A stretch of DNA of 58,386 nt, filler included, from Sphacelaria rigidula (taxonomy: Eukaryota), in NCBI GenBank assembly GCA_964200075.2. It is 10 parts of 10 records of this genome, joined end to end, with 100 filler letters (N's around TTAATTAATTAA, not from the genome) between each part and the next. Parts side by side here need not be neighbours in the genome. Positions count along the whole stretch, not along the records: positions 46,791 to 52,538 come from CAXNAA020024766.1; positions 52,639 to 58,386 come from CAXNAA020024767.1; 8 more parts are not named here. One strand, written 5' to 3'. A model generated the notes under the pieces. That model worked only from the letters and a program-made list of their open reading frames with translations, made no database searches and had not been told where the DNA came from. This document shows positions 49,377-58,386 of the stretch, piece by piece; the first letter of the stretch is position 1; the number at the start of each line of letters is the position of its first letter. The position numbers and the translations under genes were made by a program.

Positions 49377-50289
49377 AAAAGCACAATGCCCCCACATGAG
49401 GATAGATTTTTGTCGTGAAATGTAAAAATTCAACCAGTCAGAGGCACTCCAGTGAGGAATCAGCGGAATTTAGCGCCAATGAAATGCCACCTTCGTCGTG
49501 AATTACGTAGTGAAAAATGCTTGTGATTGGCTCGCAGAGTGGGGTCACACCTGTAGCGTACGCCGGGACGGATACAACAGCAACAGCTAAACGAAGCTGC
49601 AGGCAGACAGCAAGTGGTACATTGCCTCCACAGTGGGTCATCGCGATGCTTTGGTGTTGGTATATCTTGATCTTGCTATGGCTGGTCGTATCTTCGCGTG
49701 ACCGCGAGCGCTGGCGCTGATTCCAGCGGCAGCAGCCGCCATGCTGACAGGTGCAAGCAGTACCCTGGCGGTGCAGTATCTCCGCACTGTGCTGTGCGTT
49801 GCGCCTTTAGTCGGAGTACGGGGTCCGGGCCCAGCCGGTCGAGCGGTGTATACCGGCGCTGGTTGTGTTTGTTGACCCAGCCATGTTGGGTATCGCGCAA
49901 ATGGTGGGTCCGAGTAATATGTTTTTTTCAGCAGTCGAGTGTGTATACGGCACTGCGTCCCGACTGATAGTATATTTGACAGAGAGACGAACGCAACCAT
50001 ACATCACCTCACGCAATCTCAGCCAAGACCAAACCGTCTTCGCAGGGTCCAAACACACCACGGAACAGTGACGGCTGCAGCACATATGAGACTGGACATA
50101 TCCCAAGTTTCAGTTCTTCGGCTGATTTTAAACGCGTCCTCAGTGTTCGCCCGGTGCTGATCTTGAATGCTCAGCCATAATCGCGCGTCGCGCAGACAAT
50201 TTAATTCACTCCAAAATCATCCTCATGTATGGGTCCTGTGCCAAAATGACATATTGGTGTAATGAAGAAAAAAATGCCAGCCTAGGAGC

Positions 50290-50410
50290 GCGGATCTGTA
50301 GGTTTCAGCCCTTCTTTCTGACTTTAATTTTGAGAGTTGGGCTTTCAAATTTGATGGGTATAGAGAATGAAAATGTCACACTAGAGGAACTTCTAGGGCG
50401 TGATTTTTTT
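50290..50410 (+). repeat. Interspersed repeat (other copies about 48570-48658 + and 51475-51545 -)
   Basis: gatctg.aggtt.cag.ccc...ttt.ga.agttgg.ctttcaaatttg....gt..agagaatgaaaa shared. Confidence 0.65.
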
Positions 50411-52290
50411 TTGCAGGACTTACGAAATGTTTACTGTACTGTAAACTGGATATCAAATTCGAAAGTCCAATTTTCAAAATTGAGGGGAGTGGGCAATTTG
50501 GAAACCGGGTCGGTTGAGAATCGGAACAGTATTTTGCAGGTCGTTTACCGGCCCAGTTTCCGCATTTGTCCTTTGATATTTAGTTCGGAATTCTAATACA
50601 GAGTAAATTAAAAAAAATGGGACACTTTAATTTTCGGGCAAAAAAAAGACTGCGGCCACCGAAAAAACGCACAGGTGTGCTGGACCCGTCTCGACGAGTA
50701 CGGCAAGGCATTCCAACCTGTCAACATTCGTACATCTCCCTTTCCGGGTGTAAAACTACGTAAGCTCCAAAGAAGGCACTTCTGCATATACGAGCTGGGC
50801 AAGCCAACAATGGGTAGGTTTCTCGCTCAGGCGACGTAATGCTTAGAATGGAAGTCGGACGCTGAAATTTTGACAGCAGCTTTTGATGATCGACATGGAG
50901 ACCATCACGAGAGCAATATGGGAAAGAAAAAAGAAGTTATGGGTATAGAAATTTCAGCAAAAACAAGATAACGTCATCAGTCCAGGGAAAAAAACGAGAA
51001 TCTGCAGCTGCTCCCGCAATGTATCATTTCCTTGGGTGCAGAAGGTCTCCGTGAAATTTCAGCCCAAGAGTCGTCGAATTGGGCGGGGCATCGTACTTTT
51101 CGTGTGATACATCCGTGCCCCTATAATTCAAGTGGTGGGAGACTCCAATAATGGAGGCCATGGGGTCGAATTTCCACAGATTTTCTTTGTTTTTCGTCCG
51201 TCGTTAGGGTCATACATTACGCAGTACATTTTTCCTGTTTTTTTCTTCATTTAGCGGCGGTTCCGAGTGTTACCAGGTTAGTCTGCACTTCACGGTGATA
51301 TGCTTGAATCGGGTTCATTCGGGAAACTGGGAAAGCTGTGATGTGGACAACGTTTGGCCTCTTTCAAGCTTGCCCAGCTCGTATGTATACTGTGTGCTTC
51401 AAGGGGCGACCCAAGGCATGAAAAATCGAAGATGAAGAAAATCTTGACAGTTGAAGTATTTTTCTATGATGCCCTAGCAATTCTCCATACAGTGCCAAAT
51501 TTCAGAACACAACTCTCAAAATCGAGACGCGAAATCCAGATGTAGCGCATTTAGCGTCTCTGCTCGTAGTGTGTAGAGTTTAGTCGATTCGATTGATGGA
51601 TTGCCGCACTTTCACTGACCCCCCAGGGTCCAGCCATGGTCATATGATGGACGCATGCAAGAAAAACGAAACTGAAACACTCGCTGAAAAAGAATGATCA
51701 GAAAAAAGTCGAACAGAACGACATGGTACTCTAGACGAGTAAAAGAGAAGAAAAACTGTCAACAAAAACAAAGCACAAAAATACATGTATGGAATCGTAT
51801 GTGTGTGATATCTGTAAATGAACAAATCATGTAAAGTTCAGGGTATCGATCGTTGGCCCGTGTTGCAGGGAACGTCCGCACCAAAAATCGCCACGATCCG
51901 CTGTTTATATCGTTCAGGGTTTCACAAGGACTTGGGAATGGGCCCTATCTCCGTACAGTGTAGGAATCACTCGACATGGCGTGTAATCAACGAGAAAAAA
52001 TGGCCCAGGCTGTTGAGCAGATTGCCATGTTCCCCTGATGAGCCGGTTCATAAGACGGGCGGATCACGACCCAATTCGTCTGTGTCGATGAAACACGGCT
52101 GTGAGAGCTCAAGTCCGTTTTTTGGCTGGCCGCACAGGCCCGTTATATCAACACTGTGTTTTTGGCACATGTATGAAACTTTCGGGACTAGCGAAGAACC
52201 TGACGGACTCTCGAATGCGTGCGAGCGACACGGCAAAAATACAGGGTAGCTCTCTCAAGTGCTGTGTCGCAGTCCGAAGTGTGTGGGGGG

Positions 52291-52538
52291 GGTACTCATG
52301 ATCATGCATGCTATAGTCATCAGACCATTGACCTTGCATCCCCACGAAGCCGGGACGGAGCACGCCGGGTTTCGGACCAGGCTTGCGCTCAAACCACCAA
52401 GCGCGAAGCCCCGTGGTGTGTTCGGCGAGTCTCATGAAGGGTGAGCTGCATCCTGCTAAGAGTGGTCGGCCCGAAGCCTACTGATGCGCTTGCCTTTGGA
52501 TGACAGCCTCCAATAAGTTGCATTATTCTGTGGTATCG
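52291..52538 (+). repeat. LTR-like family, 5' part
   Basis: Reverse complement of about 31470-31724; preceded by a G run. Confidence 0.8.
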
Positions 52539-52638
52539 NNNNNNNNNNNNNNNNNNNNNNNNNNNNNNNNNNNNNNNNNNNNTTAATTAATTAANNNNNN
52601 NNNNNNNNNNNNNNNNNNNNNNNNNNNNNNNNNNNNNN
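52539..52638. other. Artificial contig spacer
   Basis: N44-TTAATTAATTAA-N44. Confidence 0.98.
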
Positions 52639-52980
52639 CCTCCAATGACTTGCTTTATTGTCTGGTATTGCCACTTCCAGAGCCAGCCACGGCTTATACA
52701 CTGCCTCATGGGTGTCTCACCATGTTAACATCACGTATTACGATCATCCCCATTGTGCGGAGTTGAGATTGTCCCACGCCGCACAATGTTGTCTAGCTCG
52801 ACTACCATCATGGATACCGCAAAAAAACGCAAGCGCGCAAAAAAACCCCGGTAACCTGGTTGCGTAGCTTACGCAGTGAGTGGCGTGTTTTGTAGCGCCA
52901 TTGCCAGCCGACGCCAACCCCATTGGGGGTCCGCCCCTACAAACCGGGACGGAGCACGCCGGTTTCTCGCTGGACCAGGC
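52639..52980 (+). repeat. LTR-like family, 3' part followed by a repeated 5' motif
   Basis: Reverse complement of about 31225-31500, then ccgggacggagcacgccgg again at about 52944. Confidence 0.75.
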
Positions 52981-53191
52981 TCACCCTTCGCACGGAGGGG
53001 GGGGGGGGGGGTGGGGAAGGCGGCTTCCCCGTATTACAGGTTGGCTGAGTTGGGGATTGNNNNNNNNNNCCCCAGGGGGGGTCCACCCCAACAATCCGGG
53101 GCGGGGCACGCCGGTTGCTTCCCGGGCCAGCCCCACCGCCGGCGCGGGGGGGGGGGGGGGGGTATCGAATGCGGCTTACCCGTAATACATG

Positions 53192-53345
53192 TTTGATTGA
53201 TTGGTGATTGGCTCATACACAGTGATTCATTATAAATTCAGCACTGGGAGCAAGATAGTCGTGCCCCCGATCAACACGGAGAGTCGACAGTGGGTTTAAC
53301 CTTGGCAGGAAAAGGGTTATGGAGAGGAGGCAAGAGTGTGTAGAG
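53192..53345 (-). mobile_element. Possible retroposon 3' end with a (CAAT)n tail
   Basis: Minus strand ends gccaatcaccaatcaatcaaac; single copy here, so the upstream boundary is uncertain. Confidence 0.3.
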
Positions 53346-53836
53346 AAGATCCAAAGTCATGATCCGAATCCCGTGTCGTGGGATAAAGGGGTATGATGTG
53401 CAGTCATATCAAACTCGCGGCTCACGGAATACATGCGCATGTTCGCTTCATTTTTGGAGGTAGTTTGCAACCGAGCTTGAATCTTCTTTCCACGCAATAC
53501 TGTTCGAACAATAGCTCGTACCAAGGAACATGAGCACAGAACCCCCCACCTGACCCCTGCTGCCACCTACCCTCTTGCTTGTTATGCACCTGAAGGAGTG
53601 TTGGGAAAATGAAGGAACAACGCCTCGTGTCGTTTGTGTTGCCACGACCCGCTCCGATCTCTGGTTCTTTGATGGCGAGAGTTCCCCGTCGGTAACATGA
53701 AAGTACTCCAGTAGTCCCCGTGGCATTGGTTGCTGTCGTTGCGGAACGAACTGCGACTGTTGATTTACTTTTCAGTTTACTCGTTTCTTGAAATATTGTT
53801 AATATACACCCGTATACACACCCACACATATACATG

Positions 53837-53867
<31 letters not shown>

Positions 53868-54029
53868 CCCGTGTTTTCTCGCTGTGTTCGCACGTATGAA
53901 TACGCGCGTTTCCATTTTTCTCTTTTTTTTTGGAACATAGGAAACATAGCCTTCTGGTGTGTGTGTTTCTACTCATCTTTCATCTTCATTCTTCCGCTAT
54001 GAAACGCAATGCAACTCGCAAAACAAAAG

Positions 54030-54143
54030 GAGCTGGAGCTGCTTCTGTGCGGCATTCCGGAGATAGACGTGTCGGAGTGGAAGCGACACACGCGATATCT
54101 GGGAGATTACCGCCGGAGCGCAGAGGAGCACCGCGTCATCAAG
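54030..54143 (+). CDS. HECT-domain E3 ubiquitin ligase, internal exon
   Basis: aaacaaaag|ELELLLCGIPEIDVSEWKRHTRYLGDYRRSAEEHRVIK|gtaatg; 114 nt, phase 0/0; canonical HECT ELELL+CG...ID+.+W+..T.Y motif. Confidence 0.95.
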
Positions 54144-55418
54144 GTAATGATTTATTTATATACAAGGGGTTCGGCGGCTTCCGCCGCTACGCTCCATGAG
54201 ATCGATAGCCAAGGTACATGAGGACCGGTCATCGTTGCTCGCATCAGGTGACGGAACAGATCATAGCTTCAAGTGCAGTATATTGCGCTGTGTGCATATG
54301 GAGACCGGTGTCCCGGGGGCAGGGTATGAAGAAGAGGCTTAATGATGTTTTGACGATTGTACCGATACGGTAGAACGGGCAAAAGACTACCTCCACCGTC
54401 GAAGAAGAGATACGAAGACACTCATTTACGTTTTTCACCCACAGCAACGAGTAGGAACCCGATACCCGGGGACACAGACTTGCGACGGACACACACGAGT
54501 GTTCGCAACCATGAGTCCAGTACTATTGCACCGCAGAAACGCACATCGTACGGAACAGGGTCCAGAAACAGCAACTGAAAAGGCATAAAATATCCATTCC
54601 CCCTCCTTCGTGGGCAACAACGAAGCAGGCAATACCCGCAATGTAGTGGATATATTAGAGAAACGGAAGAAGTAAGACAACAATCAACCAACAGTAGCGA
54701 CCGATATGCCCCAAAACACGGTAAACGACGACCACGGATTCAACATGACAGACTATACCGTCGGGGGAAAGCCGTCCATTAACAGCAAACAACACCGACA
54801 CCGACCGATATCTCCCGAAACACGGACAACCCCGGATTCAACATCACAGACATGACCCATTGTACGAAACAGGCCCCAGAAATAGCAGGACAGTTGAGCA
54901 TACGACAACCGCAACGTGGCGTTTCTTCGGCTTCGCCGCCACAATCAGTGGATCGACAGCCAAGGTACATGAGCACCGGTGATAGCTGTGTGCGTTGTGT
55001 CAGCTCATGGACTGAGCACGGTAGCAAATCTTGATGATGGACACTTTTATTGCGTGAAATTAATGCCGCTTCAACCGATTGCCTAATTTTCGCCGTCAAA
55101 TGGTTGATAGAGAGCGGCGGGGAAAAATTGTCGTGTCTTCGGAGTGTTTCATGAGCATGATGCCGGTTCGATTTTCAAGAAATATTTTTTTTGTTCCGTT
55201 TTCAGCCCGAAGAGCAATATGGATGGTGAGTATGTACGAAGGCTCAACACAGCGCATCACAATCAAAAGTGAACCTGAGGAACTGACCGCCCCCACAAAC
55301 CAAGAACTCATGTAATGGCAACGAATTTGACCACTTGATCGCCATAATAGGTCATCTGTTGTTAAATCGGCATCAGTCAGTTGGACTTCACAAATTCAGT
55401 AGACTTCACCACTGGGCA

Positions 55419-55756
55419 TTGACAGATAATTCTCGGAAATTTATGGTTTGTGGACAGGTGCAGTATGGATTTTAGTGTGGACACATACATCCGGATCTTT
55501 GGAGGGACTAAGCTCCTGGCGTGCTCCTAGCGTGCGCAGAACGCGTTTTTGTCTTGCCGATTTAAGGTCTGGCAACGCACACTTTTCCTAGGGAACACGT
55601 TGCACCCCCCTTGCCCGAGGGTTCGCGGTATGTCTTCGTTGGGGTTGGGGTTAGGATTAGGGCTGGGGTTAGGATTAGGGCTGGGGTTGGGGTTAGTGTT
55701 ATTCGAAATGCATCAGCACCTGCACAAACCATAAATTTCCGAGAAATATCTGTCAA
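55419..55756. mobile_element. TIR element carrying degenerate TTAGGG-like repeats
   Basis: ttgacagata(a/t)ttctcggaaatttatggtttgtg inverted at both ends; hexamers ttgggg/ttagga/ttaggg/ctgggg at 55639-55698. Confidence 0.85.
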
Positions 55757-56046
55757 CTACCGAGTGATCAAATCACCTCCGATTGAGAGTGAAAAGCGAT
55801 CAATTAGTCAACGAATCGTTTCAGTTCCGAAATGCCCCTCGACGAGGCTCAAGATGCTCTCTGTACTGTGGGAGCTTGCCACTGAGACCCTTGATACCCC
55901 GGAGCAAGATATCGACGTGTAGCTGTATGCACACGTCAGTGCTAGAGGCGAAGAAAAGCACGTACGGAACGAAAAACTGGCTTCGTTGAAGCGAATAGTC
56001 AAAGCCACTCTCAATCAGCGCTCTACTCAATCTCACGAAAACATTG
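55757..56046 (-). repeat. Repeat family X, diverged copy 3
   Basis: 55923-56046 aligns with 11699-11825 (ctgta.gcacacg..agtg.t.gagg..aagaaaagcac ... tcaaagccactctc ... aatctcacgaaaaca); left boundary not determined. Confidence 0.65.
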
Positions 56047-56059
56047 CAGTCGCCGTCCA

Positions 56060-56174
56060 CTGTTGAACATGGTGTGAGATAATATTCCAGATCGTGTGAC
56101 TGCACTGAGGTTCGAACCGACAACCCAACCGCCATAAGGTTTGGGGGTTACCAACTGAGCCGCCAGAGCGACCG
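56060..56174 (-). mobile_element. Diverged tRNA-derived SINE copy
   Basis: Reverse complement ggtcgctctggcggctcagttggtaacc...ggttcgaacc...tctcacaccatgttcaacagtgga. Confidence 0.7.
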
Positions 56175-56494
56175 TCTAATGACTAATCTATGAAACATAG
56201 AAGCCGGCACTTCATGACGGAAAAACGCATGTATGGTAGAGCAGAAGCAGCAGCAACAACAACAACAGTCCAGAGACGGGAAAAGGGAAGTACAGTCGAG
56301 ACGATTCGACATGCGGGCAAGATCACAACATGCTTCCCATGTGCGCCGAGATTGGACGGAGAGTCGTTCCGCACAACCCATCCATTCTGATTCAATTTTC
56401 AAGTGTCCTGTATACGGTAAGAGGTGGCGTCTCCGACGGTCAAAGGGTCACAAAGAGACCCCGTTTCGTCTTTAGTCTATAAGCAAGTGAACAA

Positions 56495-57070
56495 GTGCGC
56501 ACCTGTCTCAGCTTCTGGGAACGATTCTGACAGTCCTGTGTGCGATGTGACATGGACGCACGAACGCCATGGCGAGGAAAGAAGGCAGAAAACACCATGC
56601 AGAGCACTGCCGTGGAACCGATGCTCCCGAAACCTCCTGAAAAGGAATCATGTAATGCTGCTTGGTCAGAGCTTGAGAGAACGAAATGAATTGTTTCGCT
56701 GTACTGTAAAATCAAGTACGAGCAAATGCTCGCCTCTATGAGCTTGTGAGCACAGACGTTCTGCTCTGTACACTGGGAGAGTTCGCGACTCGTGCTCGCC
56801 GTCATCTAAAAGTACGTGATAAAAGTGCACCTGTCTAAGAGCTTCTGGCAACGATTCTGACAGTAATAAACGTACAAAACGGTGGAGCGATTGAAAGGCC
56901 TGTAGGGGTCTACCGCCACGCCGAGGAAAAAAAGAAGCGATGCTCCCGAATTCTCCTAAAGGGAAATTATGTAATGCTGCCTTGCTTGAAATGTAATGCT
57001 GCCTTGTCGGAGCTCGAGAGAACGAAATGACCCCGTTTCGCCGTACTCTAAAATCAAGTAAGAGGCAATA
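56495..57070. repeat. Diverged direct duplication, period about 330 bp, intronic
   Basis: gcacctgtct..agcttctgg.aacgattctgacagt and cgatgctcccgaa...gagagaacgaaatga...taaaatcaagta each occur twice. Confidence 0.85.
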
Positions 57071-57394
57071 CTGCGTTCTCAGACCTTGTGGGAGAATGAA
57101 ATGGGCGCGAAAAAAGATACGCTAAAATCAAGTGAAGAAGATGAAAAACTCTTCAACGGCAAAAAAGATGAATCCGTTAATTGATAAATATTCTAAGAAA
57201 TATAAACGCGGGGGAAAATTCCAGTACAGAGACGTGGAAACGATGAAAATATACGGCACCGAAGCGGTCGAGGGGATGGTGGGGAGGGTGCCCCGTGTCG
57301 TTTGCCTTCTTTTTTTGTTCTGTTTTGTTCATTCTTGTTTCGTTTCGTTTCGTGTTAGGCCTGATGATTCCCCGTGCCTCGCCAACTTTGTCAG

Positions 57395-57502
57395 TGGTTT
57401 TGGGAGGTGTTGGACGAATTCTCGGAAGAAGAGAAGGCGAGATTCTTGCAATTTTGCACGGGCACTAGCCGGCTTCCGCCTCACGGATTTAAGGCATTGC
57501 AG
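57395..57502 (+). CDS. HECT-domain E3 ubiquitin ligase, next exon
   Basis: ctttgtcag|WFWEVLDEFSEEEKARFLQFCTGTSRLPPHGFKALQ|gtgagc; 108 nt; splices in frame to give HRVIK-WFWEV across a 3251-bp intron. NEDD4/HUWE1-like C-lobe; the catalytic Cys exon is not in the window. Confidence 0.95.
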
Positions 57503-58386
57503 GTGAGCCGCGGTTCCGGATACTGTTTAGACATGATATTCCATAGACACGTGGAAGCGCTGGAACTCAAGTACAGATTCAGGTTTCTGTTTTTGAGATA
57601 CAACATGACGAATGGTCTGAGGAACTTACTGCAACCAGCCGAATCGAAGTTGGATGGAGATACCGTTTTGGGGTGAATTTCGTGGACATCCTTGATGCGC
57701 TCTTTCTCCGCGTTCCGTGTTCTTGTTTCTGCGTCAATCTTTTCCTGTTTGCGTTCTTTGGGTCTGGTCGCACCCCAAGCTATTTGTTGGTTCCTCATGA
57801 TGAAATAATCCCTTTCCTGTTTTGTGTGCGAGCGATCTATGTGGAGGTTGCGTATCGCGCACGTGTGTGCGTGTATGTGTGTGTTTCCCTGCTGCATCCT
57901 CCGTTGTTCATGTCGCGAGGGGGTACGCATCGCCTCCGGCGTGACCCCAGTACCATTGCATGCCACGGAGCCAACGCTTGTTTTTTGTAGTCGTCAAGCT
58001 CGGCAGTGCGTTTTCAGCTCGTGTTGACGACACACCCCACGTGATATTGGAACGTGCCACGGTCTTCCTCTTTCTGCACTAGCGTGAAGGAGCGGAAGAC
58101 GAAACGTGTTTATGGTGGCGATACACAACGCGCCTGTAACAAAAGCGCCCGTGTTCGCTTTCTGTTCTCCTCATCCCAAGTTACCTATTGATCCCTTTGA
58201 ACTCCACGGAGAGCATGGCCATGGCACTATTTTAAGGGTCGGACAAATCAATGATTCGTCTGAAAATGACTTGGTTTTAGCGTAATTGATTCGAATCATA
58301 CGAATCAATCCCTAGGCTTCGTTTTCAGCGTTGCAACCCAGGTACATGCAGCCTAGGCACGTGGAATGGCGCAAAAGTTGCGTGGA

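Noticed and set aside
50673..50759. Possible second exon of the SAP gene (cag|VCWTRLDEY...|gtaagc)
   Set aside because: Spacing does not complete the SAP K-x-x-L-x-x-R-L motif, and there is no other support.
52508..52670. Apparent continuity of one repeat across the spacer between contigs 9 and 10
   Set aside because: The overlap of about 30 nt has several mismatches, so these are different copies of an abundant family; contigs are ordered by size.
52925..53190. Tandem duplication around the 10-N gap (similar case at 41700-41890)
   Set aside because: The second copy looks like an error-rich re-read beside poly-G/C runs at a scaffold gap; probable assembly artefact.
55639..55698. True telomere or chromosome-fusion scar
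   Set aside because: Short, degenerate, single orientation, and inside a TIR element within an intron.

Overview
This window is not one locus. It is ten unrelated eukaryotic contigs of near-identical length (six of 5749 bp, then four of 5748 bp) joined by nine artificial 100-bp spacers (N44-TTAATTAATTAA-N44), so adjacency across spacers is meaningless. Short GC-rich exons, multi-kb repeat-filled GT-AG introns and the retroelement types suggest a stramenopile, probably a brown alga (inference). Most of the sequence is decayed transposable elements: four Ty3/Gypsy relics (two from one family sharing an LTR), two Ty1/Copia relics, a tRNA-derived SINE family (5 copies), several TIR elements/MITEs (one with a perfect 8-bp TSD), a minisatellite-bearing element and several unclassified repeat families. 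Host-gene fragments are two consecutive HECT E3 ligase exons, a SAP-domain first exon missed by the ORF track, the terminal exon of a conserved uncharacterised protein, and one weaker exon candidate. I found no convincing intact novel multi-gene system and no CRISPR array. The best leads are the SINE family, an unclassified coding-like repeat with a twin-priming-like 5' inversion, the conserved uncharacterised gene, and two unusual TIR elements carrying telomere-like or palindromic 43-bp repeats.
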